Below are positions 24,819 through 37,234 of a stretch of DNA of 64,000 bases, one piece after another. Source of the DNA: Squalus acanthias (lineage: Eukaryota); the NCBI GenBank assembly GCA_030390025.1, contig CM059438.1:57414001-57478000 (forward strand). Direction: 5' to 3'. Each line of letters begins with the position of its first letter. Positions within the stretch are counted from its first letter, which is position 1. The position numbers and the translations under genes were made by a program. The notes beneath the pieces are model-generated. The model was not told the DNA's origin, ran no database searches, and saw only the letters and a list, made by a program, of their open reading frames with translations.

Positions 24819-25471
24819 TCTGTCCGTTAACCAATCCTCAATCCATGCTAGTATATTACTCCCAATCACATGAGCCCTAATTTTGTTTAATAACCTCTTG
24901 TGTGGCACCTTATCGAATGCCTTCTGAAAATCCAAATACACCACACCCACTGGTTTCCCCTTATCTATTCTGCTAGTTACAACCTCATAAACTCTAACAG
25001 ATTTGTCAAACATGATTTCCCTTTCATAAATCCGTGTTGACTCTGCCCAATCCTATTATTATTTTCTAAGTGCCCTGTTACTACGTCCTTAATAATAGAT
25101 TCTAGCATTTTCCCTACTACTGATGTCAGGCTAACTGGTCTGTAGTTCCCCGTTTTCTCTCTCCCTACTTTCTTAAATAGTGGGGTTACATTTGCTACCT
25201 TCCAATCCAAGGGAACCGTTCCAGAATCTATGGAATTTTGGAAAATGACAACAATGCATCCACTACCTCGACAGATAGCCAACTCTTTCAAAATCCTTGG
25301 ATGTAGGCCATCAGGTCCAGGGGATTTATCGGCTTTCAGTCCCGTTAATTTCTCCAGTACTACTTTTTTACTAATACTAATATCTTTCAGTTCCTCACTC
25401 TCACTAGACCCTTGGTTGTCCACTATTTCCAGGCAGTTTTTTGCATCTTCTTCCGTGAAGACAGATACAAA

Positions 25472-26121
25472 GGGCTCGATTTTGCCAGGCCCGAGGAGGC
25501 GGGAATGGAGGCGTGTGGGGTGTTCAAATTGCAAAAAATGGTGGGCGGGCCCGACCCCGCCTCCAAGCAATTTTCCCAAATGCATGGTTTCTGATCCCGT
25601 CTCCGTCCCGCCTCCAAGTGGCGGGATAGGCCCTTAACAACCACTTAATTGCCTCTATAATCCGATTTTGAGAGGCCTTTCTGATTTTAACACTTTTCAG
25701 ACGTGATGCACGCCTCCTCTGAAACACGACGGTGAAACCTGGCGGTAGCACACTTGCATTGCTGACTATCAGCTGCAGGTCCACCATTATGAAGGAGGTG
25801 GTGGTGGCGGCGGCGGTGGTGGAAAAATCTGGGAGCAGACTTAGGTCTCCTGCTGCTCATTTTCCCTCCAGGTCCCTCTCACAGCAAAGGCCAAAAGCTT
25901 TCCAGTCTTTGCAGACCTTAAATGCAGCAGCAATGATGACATCATCAGAGGCGACTTTCAGACTGAAAAAACTAATTGGGTCATGGGTTCCCACATGCTG
26001 GAACTCAATTGCCCAATTAGGGGAAAATCGAATAATTCTCCCACATCCAATTGGAGTCGGGTGGCTAACACGAAAAGCGGATGACACGACCCCAGCCTGC
26101 CCCAATGACAAAATCAAGCCC
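25472..26121. mobile_element. Non-autonomous Harbinger; internal deletion derivative of the 27928-31124 family, opposite orientation
   Basis: TIRs GGGCTCGATTTTGCC / GACAAAATCAAGCCC, perfect AAA TSD; removal restores CR1 KYFVSV. Confidence 0.92.
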
Positions 26122-27927
26122 AAAGTATTTGTTTAATTTCTCTGCCATTTCCTTATTCCCCATTATAATTTCTCCTGTCTCAGCCTGTAAGGGACCCACA
26201 TTTACTTTTGCTAATCTTTTCCTTTTTATATACCTATAGAAGCTATAACAGTCTGTTTTTATGTCTCTCGCTAGTTTACTCTCATATTCTATTTTCCCTT
26301 TCTTTATCAATTTCTTGGACTTCCTTTGCTGAATTCTAAAATCCTCCCAATCCTCAGGCTTATTACTCTTTTTGGCAGCATTATGCGCGTCTTCCTTTGA
26401 TCTAATACTATCTTTAACTATCGATAGTTAGGGGCACAGACAGGCATTTCTGCGGCCGTAGACATGATTCCAAGATGGTATGTTGCCTCCCTGGTGCCAG
26501 GGTCAAGGATGTCACTGACTGGCTGCAGAACATTCTGAGGGGGGAGGGTGAGCAGCCAGAGATCGTGGTCCATATCGGTATCAACGACATAGGTAGAGAG
26601 AGGGATAAGGTCCTGCAGGCAGATTTTAGGGAGCTAGGAAAGTGATTAAAAGCAGGACCTCAAAAGTAGTAATTTCCGGATTACTCCCAGTGCCACGAGC
26701 TAGTGAGTATTGAAATAGGAGGATAGAGCAGATGAATGCGTGACTGGAGAGATGGTGCAGGAGAGAGGGCTTTAGCTTCCTGGGACATTGCGACCCGTAC
26801 CGGGGGAGGTGGGATCTGTACAGGCCGGACAGGTTGCACCTCAACAGAGCTGGGATCAATGTCCTCGCGGTGGGGCGGGGGGGTTTGCTACTGCTGTTGG
26901 GGAGGGTTTAAACTAATTTGGCAGGGGGTTGGGCACCAGGATGTAGCATTAGAAAGGAAAAACAAGGTGCACAAAGGATTGGGAGAGACAGACAGCACTC
27001 GAGTAAGAAATAGTACGGTATTAGGTGGGGTCAGACTAAGAGAGAATACAAGAAGGTAGTCAGTGCATGTATGGAAATGCACGAAAAGTAGTAAATAAGG
27101 TTGGTGAGCTGCAGGTGCAAATAGACACATGGGAGTATGATGTCGTGGCGATAACAGAGACCTGGCTCAAAAAAGGGCAGCATTGGGTACTAAATATTCC
27201 TGGATATAAGATGTTCAGGAATGATTGGGAAGGAAAGAAAGGAGGTGGGTGACAGTATTGATTAAGGAGAATATTACAGAGCCGGAGAGGATGCCCTGGA
27301 GAGGTCAAGGACAGAATCTATTTGGTTAGAGTTGAGAAACAATAGAGGTGCCATTACACAACTAGGTGTATTCTATAGGCTGCCAACTATGGGAAGGAGA
27401 TAGTGGAGCAAATTTGCAAGGAAATTACAGAGAGGTGCAAGAACTATAGAGTAGTGATAATGGGGGACTTCAACTATCCTAATATAGACTGGGATAGTAA
27501 TAGAGGGGGAAGAATTTCTGAAGTGTGTTCAGGAGAACTTTCTTGATCAGTCCATTTCTGACCCAATGAGGAAGGAGGCATTGCTGGATCTGGTTCTGGG
27601 GAATGAAGTGGGTCAAGTAGAGCAAGTGTCAGTAGGGGAACATTTAGGGAACAGTGATCACAGTATCATAATGTTTAGACTAGCTATGGAAAAAGACAGG
27701 GAGTAATCTAGAGTAAAAATACTTAATTGGAGGAAAGCCAATTTCAGTAGGTTCTGAATGGATCTGGCCCGGGTAAATTGGAATCAAAGATTGGCAGGCA
27801 AAACTGTAATCGAACAATGGGCTGCCTTTAAAGAGGAGATGGTTTGGGTACAATCGAGGTACATTCCCACGAGGGGGAAAGGTAGGACAACCAAAGCCAG
27901 AGCTCCCTGGATGACGAAAGAGATAGA

Positions 27928-30900
27928 GGGCTCGATTTTGCCATTGGGGGCGGGCTGGGGCATGTCTGGTGGTTTTCGTGTCAGGACACCAACTCCGATG
28001 TGAAGTGGGAAAAAGTGCGATTTTGCCCTAATTGGGCACTTGATTTCCAGCGTGTGGGAACCACTGGCCCAATGAGTCTTTTCATACAGAAAGTCGCCTC
28101 CGATGACGTTATCAATGCTGCTGGATTTAAGGCCTGCAAACAGCCTTGCTTCTTCTGGAGACTTTAAACTTTATGCCCATTGTTGTGATCGCTTCATTCA
28201 GCAACTATGTCCAGCAGTAGGCCCAAGTGTGCTCCAAGGTTTGATGAGGCCTCCCTCCAAGCTCTGGTGGAGGGAGCAAGATCAAATAAGGAGGTGCTCT
28301 TCCCTTCCTCAGGGAGGAAAAAGCCTCCCCAGCAGACTAAAGCTGTGTGGATGCAAGTGACCCAGGAGGTCAACTCAATCGCTATGTGCCGCAGAACCTG
28401 GCTGCAGTGCAGAAAGAGGTTTCATGATCTTTTCCGCACAGGAAAAGTGAGTATGACTTTCCCATCACCCTCAATCTGATCCCCATCGCCTCTCCTCACC
28501 AGCACTCTGCTTTGCCAACCTCTTCCTCCACATCCCACTTGACACTGACATCCCTGCACCCTTACCCATTCCCTCTCTCTCTATGGTCACATTCACTTAA
28601 CTATTCGACCATGCAGCCCTTACACTCCCTATCACTGTGATGCAATGACAACAACTTACAACACACAGGGAGGGCCCATTGTCTCCTTCTAAGCAGCTGT
28701 GCTATGGATTCTCTACACACTCCTTCATTCTCACTCAAACTCCACTTGTGTCCCTCATTGCAGGAAAAGAGAGCCCACAATAAGAGGAAAGAGCGAGGAC
28801 AGGAGGAGGGCCACCCACAGTAGCCCAGCTTACCACCTCGGAGGAGGCGGCCCTGGAAATCGCCGGTGTCAAGGAAGATTCGCAAGTGGGGGATGGACAG
28901 ACGGGCGCATCACAGCAAGCTGGTGACAGAATAGTTTGGCATCTCTCTCATTGACATTGCATGAGTGACTGATAACGATTCTGATGCTCTAACAGATTGA
29001 CTTATGATCATCTGCACAATTCAATGTGCATGCAACCTTTACCTCACATCTTAACTCTTTCCTTTACTCCCCCACAGGACCATCGACAGTCCCCGTCCCC
29101 ACTGTCCAGGAGGAACAGCCTGAGCTTCAAGACTCCTCAGAGGAAGCTGCAACCTCTGAGGGCATAGCGCCAGCAGAATTCAGCGCACCCAGCACCAGTG
29201 CAGACACTCACACCTCGGTGGGACCTTTGCGAAATAGAGTAGTGTTGTCACCTGGTGAATCACAGCTCACAAGTGAGCATCAGCAGATGGTGGAGACAGG
29301 GACAGCAGTGGAGAGTCCTCGTTGGAGGGCGCAGGACTCTGCCAGCTCGGCTCAGCTGCATGTCGATCCTGTGCCTCCGGGTCCATCCAGAAGGAGAGCG
29401 ATGCTGGAACTCCAGGAACAGGTGCAGGAGTCTCTGGTAGGTTTTGTCTCCAGGGTCGCTGCGAGTGTGGAGCGAATGGAGGAGTCCATCGTGAACATGA
29501 GCAGAGCCTTTGTGAAGGCATTGGTGCATGAACGCATCACCACAGAAAGGATGGCAACCTCCGTGGAAAGGATGGCTACGGTAGAGGAGAGGATAGCTAC
29601 GGCCATGGAGGAGCTAAGTCGCCAGAGTGTTGAAAACATGGTCATTGTTCAGAATAGACTGGCATCTCTTGAGGAGCGAAGGTCAGCTATTGAGCATAGA
29701 AACCAGACCTTCATGGAAGTCCTCTGGAGTAGGACTTGCAGTGCAGAAACGGGTCCTCATGGCCCCGCTGAAGTGCAGCAAGGTGCTGTCAAGCCACTTG
29801 CTAGCTCTGAAGTGGAGCTGACCCATGAGAGGGATGTTGGTGGCAGACAACAAGAAAGTGGGAGCTCCTCTCCAAGTGCACACACGACCATGCCACTGCA
29901 AAGCCCTTGGTCAGAGCCCCACGAGAATCCTCACCCAACTGAGATGGACGTCTCATCCCCTGCAGAGCCGCAGGAGCAGCAGACTGTTGCCGAGCCCTCA
30001 CAGGTTTGCAACCCCAGAGGATGGCCGCCAAAGGTGTCGAGACAGGAGCAGCAAGAAAGTGAGCAAGGGGCCTCCACATCTGCTGAAGCCACAGGGGAAG
30101 CACCACGTAGCAGCACACATAAGAGGAAGATGATGCACAAGTGGTCACAAGGGTAGTCACTTGGGTGTTATGTTGTGTTTATTTTTGAAATGCCATGATT
30201 TGCTTGTTGTGATAAAAAATTCTGATGGCAAACTGTTGAAGTTGTGGCCTGTGTCATTTTGCAAATGGGACTTCCACATTGAGGGCTTAGAGCAACTTGC
30301 AATTGTCAGTATGGTGGTCAGAGTGATAGGAATCCGCAGGTTCTTGTCCATTGTCGATGCTCTGGTAAGAAGGTGCGAGGCCAAAGTGTTTGATTGTGCA
30401 GGCTAAGCAAATCTGGCCAACATGAGTGCGTCCCTTGCATCCCGGGCAGCAATGTGGTCGCGCGCTGGCGCCTTCTGGCCTGTGCAGCTTCAGGTGGGTG
30501 AGCAGCAGCTTGGCGCTCCTGTTGTTGCTGCTGCTGTTGTTCATGGTTCTGCTGCTGCCACGGCTGGTCTTCGTCCGAATCTGATGTCCAGGACGAAAGG
30601 AAATAAATGGTTCCCATGCTTCTGGTATACGCCTCAGTTGAGGAAGCGCTCAGTCAAGGTGGGGAGAGGAGTTTTCCAGGAGGTCACACTGGAGATGGGT
30701 GTCAGGCTCCAAACTTCCACAACAATAAGTATGCCTGCTAAAAGTTCCCCCAGACCTGAGACAACAAAGTTCTGCCACCTGCAAATGATGATTGCTGAAA
30801 ACTGCATGGTGGAGCTGCAGCTGTTAGTAAGCAGTCCACTTGTGAGGCCGCCAGGATTCACTGGCGTGTTCCAGAGGAGACGTGCAGGACGGGGGAAAAG

Positions 30901-31124
30901 TGTTAAAATCAGAAAGGCCTCTCAAAATGGGATAACAGAGGCAATTAACTGGTTGTTAAGGGCTTATCCCGCCTCTTGGAGGAAACGGGGTCTGAAACCC
31001 CGATTCTGGGAAAATTGCTCGGAGGCGGGCTGGAGGTGGGATCAGAGCTGCCCGCCATTTTTAGCGATTTTAACACCTCACACGCCTCCAAGCCTGCCGC
31101 CTCGGGCCTGGCAAAATCGAGCCC
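27928..31124. mobile_element. Myb-only Harbinger element (transposase core deleted)
   Basis: TIRs GGGCTCGATTTTGCC / GGCAAAATCGAGCCC, perfect AGA TSD. Confidence 0.93.
28207..30156 (+). pseudogene. Near-intact 3-exon Myb/SANT-like gene (28207-28446, 28764-28922, 29078-30156) with one 1-nt frameshift in exon 2
   Basis: MSSSRPKCAPRFDEASLQALVE...RTWLQCRKRFHDL; exon 2 is 159 nt versus 160 nt in H1; exon 3 open to the stop at 30156. Confidence 0.88.
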
Positions 31125-31975
31125 AGAGAGTAAGATGAAGCAGACAAAGCGGGCGTATGACAGATGTCAGGTTGAGAATAGAAGTGAGAACTAGGCTGAA
31201 TATAGAAAGTTCAGAGGGGAAGTGAAAAAGGAAATAAGAAGGACAAAGAGAGAATATGAGAATAGAATGGCAGGTAACATAAAAGGGAATCCAAAAGGCT
31301 TCTATAGGCATATAAATAGTAAACGGGTAGTAAGAGGAGGGGTGGGGCCGATTAGGGACCAAAATGGAGACCTACGCAGGAAGGCAGAGGGCATGGTTGA
31401 GGTACTAAATGAATACTTTGTATCTGTCTTTACCAAGGAAGATGATGCTGCCAAAATCATAGTGAAAGAAGAGGTAGAGGAGATACTGGATGGGATAAAA
31501 ATTGATGAGGAGGAGGTACTAGAAAGGCTGGCTTGACTTAAAGTAGATAAGTCACCAGGACCGATGGGATGCGTCCTAGGATGCTGAGGGAAGTAAAGGT
31601 GGAAATTGCAGAGGTACTGCCCATAAACTTCCAATCCTCCTTGGATACAGGGCTGGTGCCAGAGGACTGGAGAATTGCAAATGTTACACCCTTGTTCAAA
31701 AACGGATGTAAGGATAAACCCAGCAACTATAGGCCAATCAATTTATCCTCGGTAGTGGGGAAGCTTTTAGAAATGATAATCTGGGACAAAATTAACAGTC
31801 ACTTGGACAAGTATGGATTAATTATGGAAAGCCAGCATGGATTTGTTAAAGGCAAATCGTGCTTAACTAACTTGATTGAGTTTTTTGATGAGGTAACAGA
31901 GGGGGTTGATGAAGGCAATGCGGTTGATGTGGTGTACATGGACTTCCAAAAGGCGTTTGATAAAGTGCCACCTTA

Positions 31976-33458
31976 ATAGAAACATAGAAGATAGAAGCAG
32001 GAGTAGGCCATTTGGCCCCTCGAGCCTGTTCCGCCATTTAATGAGATCATGGCTGATCATCCAAATTCAGTACCCTGTCCCTGCTTTCTCCCCATATCCC
32101 TTGATCCCTTTAGCCTTAAGAAATATATCTAACTCCTTCTTGAATATATTTAATGAATTGGCCTCAACTGCCTTCTGTGGTAGAGAATTCCACAGGTTCA
32201 CCACTCTCTGGGTGAAGAAATTCCTCCTCATCTCTGTCCTAAATGGCTTACCCCTTATCCTTAGACTGTGACCCCTGGTTCTGGACTCCCCCACCATCAG
32301 GAACATCCTTCCTGCATCTAGTCTGACTAGTCCTGTTAGAATTTTATAAGTTTCAATGAGATCCCCTCTCATTCTTCTAAACTCTAGCGAATATAAGCCT
32401 AATCGACCCAATCTCTCTTCATACGTCATTCCTGCCATCCCAGGTATCAGTCTGATGAATCTTGGCTGCACTTCCTCCATGGCAAGAACATCCTTCCTCA
32501 GATAAGGCGACCAAAATTGCACATAATACTCAAGGTGTGGTCTCACCAAGGCCCTGTACAGCTGCAGCAAGACATCCTTGCTACTGTACTCGAATCCTCT
32601 CGCTATGAAGGCCAACATACCATTTGCCTTCTTAACCACCTGCTGCACCTGCATGCTTACCTTCAGCAACTGGTGCACAAGGATACCCAGGTCTCGTTGC
32701 ACTTCCCCTTTTCCCAATCTATTGCCGTTCAGATAATAATCTGTCTTCCTGTTTTTGCCACCAAAGTGGATAACCTTGCATTTATCCACATTATACTGCA
32801 TCTGCCATGCATCTGCCCAATCACCCAACCTGTCCAAATCATACTGGAGTTTCTCTGCATCCTCCTCACAGCACACACGCCCACCCAGCTTTGTGTCATC
32901 TGCAAACTTGGAGATATTACATCTAGTTCCCTCGTCTAGATCATTAATATATATTGTGAATAGCTGAGGTCCTAGCACCGATCCCTGCGGTACCCCACTA
33001 GTCACTGCCTGCCACTCGGAAAAAGACCCACTTATTCCAACTCTTTGCTTCCTGTCTGCCAATCAGTTCTCTATTCAAGTCAGTACCTTACCCCCAATCC
33101 CATGTGCTTTAACTTTGCACGCTAATCTCTTATGCAGGACCTTATTGAAAGCCTTCTGAAAGTCCAAATACACCACATCCACTGGTTCTCCCTTATCTAT
33201 TCTACCAGTTACATCCTCAAAAAATTCCAGTAGATTAGTCAAGCATGATTTACCTTTTGTAAATCCATGTTGACTTTGTCCGATCCTGTCACTGTTTTCC
33301 AAGTGCTCTGCTATTATATCTTTTATAATGGACTCTAGCATTTTCCCCACTACCGATGTCAGGTTTACCGGTCTATAATTCCCCGTTTTCTCTCTACCAC
33401 CTTTTTTAAATAGTGGGGTTCCATTAACTACCCTCCAATCCATGGGAACTGTTCCAGA
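31976..33458 (-). mobile_element. Young 5'-truncated CR1, same subfamily as 6865-11176
   Basis: RT ORFs 32067-33062 and 33075-33443 are nearly identical to 9810-11084. Confidence 0.95.
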
Positions 33459-33745
33459 GGTGCCAGCAAAGTTGAAGCCGATGGAATAAAAGGCACAGCG
33501 GCAGCATGGATACCAAATTGGCTAAGTGACAGGAAACAGAGAGTAGTGGTGAACGGTTGTTTTTCAGACTGGAGGAAGGTATACAGTGGTGTTCCCCAGG
33601 GGTCGGTTCTAGGACCACTGCTTTTCTTGATATATATTAATGACTTAGACTTTGGTGTGCAGGGCACAATTTCAAAATTTGCTGATGACACAAAACTTGG
33701 AATTATAGTGAACAGCGAGGAGGATAGTGATAGACTTCAAGAAGT

Positions 33746-34435
33746 CAGGAACCCGCTGTCATCCTGCCGCAATGCGTCTTTCCCAATGGCGTGTCTGTGA
33801 TCTCGGATCGGACCCAACCCGCAGAGGCGGGCGGCCCAATTAAAGCAATTATTGGCTTGTTAACAGACCCTTAAAAATGGTTTTAACCTTACCTTTTAAC
33901 TTCAACTGCTCGCCCATGGGGTCCACGCTGCTCGTGGACCATGTCTGTTAACCTGAGGCGGGAGTTGAATGGCCATTGAATCAGCTGATTAGTTGACAGC
34001 TTGAAATGTACTATAAAAGCTCCCACTTCATAGTCATTCACTTTCCAAGCGCAGAAGCTGTTGCTTACTCCATTTGGAACATAGATGCAGGCTGCAAGTG
34101 TTTGGAGCAAACTCTCCATTCAGTGTCACCTCATTGGAACACCTCTCTCACCATTGACAGATTGCTTCTATCATCTCAACTTCATCTGCCATCTTTTGTA
34201 TCAGCATGGGTACCATTTATACTGTTTCACCTTGGTCCTCAGAATCTGACCACGATCAGCCCCAACACCAGCAGCACCAGGCACACCAGCAGCAGCAACA
34301 GCACCAACCTGCTCTGCAATCACCTGATGCTGCACAGGACAGAGGGCATCAGCACCCGAGAACAGGGATGACCTCACCATGGCCAGATTTACTTCTCTTG
34401 AAGCTGTACACCCTGGCTGCCACATGATGCGGCAG
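33746..34435 (+). mobile_element. Harbinger fragment (transposase-side end with deleted transposase)
   Basis: MGTIYTVSPWSSESDHDQPQHQQ matches the H1 transposase N-terminus; homologous to the reverse complement of 51830-52500. Confidence 0.8.
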
Positions 34436-37036
34436 TAAGCTAGTATCAGTAATGGTAACCATGAAACTATTGGATTGTCGTAAAAACCCATCTGGTTCAC
34501 TAATGTCCTTTAGGGAAGGAAATCTGCCGTCCTTACCTGGTCTGACCTATATGTGACTCCAGACCCACAGCAATGTGGTTGACCCTTAACTGCCCTCTGA
34601 AATGGCCTAGCAAGCCACTCAGTTGTAACAAAACGCTACGAAACACAATAATAAACCAGACGGACCACGCGGCATTGACCACGGCACCGGCTACAGACAC
34701 GTCAACGGCACACCCAGCCCAATTGACCCTGCAAAGTCCTCCTCACCAACACCTCGGGACTTCTGCCAAAATTGGGAGAGCTGTCCCACAGACTAGTCAA
34801 GCAACAGCCTGAAATAGTCATACTCATAGAATCATACCTTTCAGCCAATGTCCCAAACTCCTCCATCACCATCCCTGGGTATGTCCTGTCCCACCGGAAG
34901 GATAGACCCACCAGGGGTGGCGGCACAGTGGTAAAAAGTCGGGAAGGAGTGGCCCTGGGAGTCCCCAACATTGACTCCAGATCCCATGAAGTCTCATGGC
35001 TTCAGGTCAAGCATGGGCAAGGAAACCTCCTGCTGATTACCACCTACCACCCTCCCTCAGCTGATGAATCAGTACTCCTCCATGTTGAACACCACTTGGA
35101 AGAAGCACTGAGAGTAGCAAGGGCACAGAATGTACTCTGGGTGGGGGGCTTCAATGTCCATCACCAAGCGTGGCTCAGCAGCACCACTACTGACCGAGCT
35201 GGCCGAGTCCTGAAGGACATAACTGCCAGTCTGGGCCTGCGACAGGTGGTGAGAGAACCAACACGAGGGAAAAACCTACTTGACCTCGTCCTCACCAATC
35301 TACCTGTTGCAGATGCATCTGTCCATGACAGTATTGGTAGCAGTGGCCACCGCACAGTCATTGTGGGGACGAAGACCTGTCTTCACACTGAGGACACTCT
35401 CCATCGTGTTGTTTGGCACTACCACCGTGCTAAATGGGATAGATTCAGAACAGATCTCGCAGCTCAAAACTGGGCATCCATGAGATGCTGTGGGCCATCA
35501 GCAGCAGCAGAAAGGTATTCCACCACAATCTGTAACCTCATGGCCCGGCATATCCCTCACTCTACCATTACCATCAAGCCAGGGTACCAACCCAGGTTCA
35601 ATAAGGAGTGTAGAAGAGCATGCCAGGAGCAACACCAGGCGTACCTAAAAACGAGGTGCCAACCTGGGGAAGCTGCAACACAGGTCTACATGCATGCTAA
35701 AAGCAGAAGCAGCATGCTATAGACAGGGCTAAGCGATCCCACAATCAATGGATCAGATCAAAGCTCTGCAGTCCTGCCACATCCAGTCGTGAATGGTGGT
35801 GGACTATTAAACAACTTACGGGAGGAGGAGGCTCCATGAATATCCCCATCCTCAATGATGGTGGAGCCCAGCACGTGAGTGCAAAAGACAAGGCTGAAGC
35901 GTTTGCAGCCATCTTCAGCCAGAAGTGCCGAGTGAATGATCCACTCCATCACAGAAGCCAGTCTTGAGCTAATTCGATTCACTTCACGTGATATCAAGAA
36001 ACGGCTGAGCGCTCTGGATACAGCAAAGTCTATGGGCCCCAACAACATCCCGGCTATCGTGCTGAAGACTTGTGCTCCAGAACTAGCCACGCCTCTAGCC
36101 AAGCTGTTCCAGTACAGCTACAACACTGGCATCTATCCGACAATGTGGAAAACTGCCCAGGTATGTCCTGTCCACAAAAAGCAGGACAAATCCAATCCGG
36201 CCAATTACCGCCCCATCAGTCTACTCTCAATCATCAGCACAGTGATGGAAGGTGTCATTGACAGTGTTATCAAGCGGCACTTACTCACCAATAACCTGCT
36301 CACTGATGCCCAGTTTGGGTTCCGCCAAGACCACTCGGCTCCCGACCTCATTACAGCCTTGGTCCAAACATGGACAAAGGAGCTAAATTCCAGAGGTGAG
36401 GTGAGAGTGACTGCCCTAGACATCAAGGAGCCCTAGTAAAACTGAAGTCAATGGGAATCGGGGGGAAAACTGTCCACTGGCTGGAGTCATACCTAGCACA
36501 AAGGAAGATGGTTGTTGTGGTTGAAGTTCAATCATCACAGCCCCAGGAGATCGCTGCAGGAGTTCCTCAGGGCAGTGTCCTGGGCCCAACCATCTTCAGC
36601 TGCTTCATCAATGACCTTCCCTCCAACATAAGGTCAGAAATGGGGATGTTCACTGATGACTGCACAGTGTTCAGTGCCATTCCAACTCTTCAGATAATGA
36701 AGCAGTCCATGCCTGCATGCAAGAAGATCTGGACGACGATCAGGCTTGGGCTGATAAGTGGCAGGTAACATTCGCGCCACAGAAATGCCAGGCAATGACT
36801 ATCTCCAACAAGCGAGAACCTAACCACCGCCCCTTGACATTCAACAGCATTACCATTGCCGAATCCCCCACCATCAACATCCTGGGGGTCATCATTGACC
36901 AGAAACTTAACTGGACCAGCCACATAAATACAGTGGCAACAAGAGCAGGTCAGAGGCTAGGTATTCTGCGGCGAGTGTCTCACCTCCTGACTCCCCAAAG
37001 CTTTTCCAACATCTACAAGGCACAAGTAAGGAGTGT
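34436..37036 (+). mobile_element. Family-2 LINE: 5' region, endonuclease and RT; 3'-truncated
   Basis: ORFs 34772-35722 (APE), 35936-36436, 36451-36768 (QGSVLGP, FTDD) and 36717-37036. Confidence 0.92.
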
Positions 37037-37234
37037 CTCTGCTTTAATCGCTAATTCCAGTAGTGCATTACACAGCCTACAACCCTCTGTGTAAAAAGGT
37101 TCCTCCTACTTTCTGTCTTTTATCTCCTACATTTCATCTTATATCGATGTCCCCTCATTCTAGACCCTTCAACTACAGGAAGCAGTCTTTTTCTCACTGC
37201 TCTGTCCCACCTCTTCATAATTTTAAACACCTTC

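Larger units (their letters stand above)
22347..26420 (-). mobile_element. 5'-truncated CR1 inserted in ORF1 of the older CR1
   Basis: Tail (TTCTTATG)2 at 22347-22362; ORF2 pieces 24819-25471 and 26122-26420. Confidence 0.9.
21346..33745 (+). mobile_element. Near full-length older CR1 (5'UTR, ORF1 zinc finger/coiled coil/esterase, ORF2), split by three large insertions
   Basis: ORF1 SCAMW...CRKC...IGDSI breaks at 22170 and resumes as IVRGTDRHFCG at 26424; endonuclease 27060-27927; RT 31125-31972 and 33460-33745. Confidence 0.9.

Noticed and set aside
29026..30156. 376-aa ORF as a stand-alone novel gene
   Set aside because: It is exon 3 of the Harbinger Myb gene; the ORF start lies in the intron
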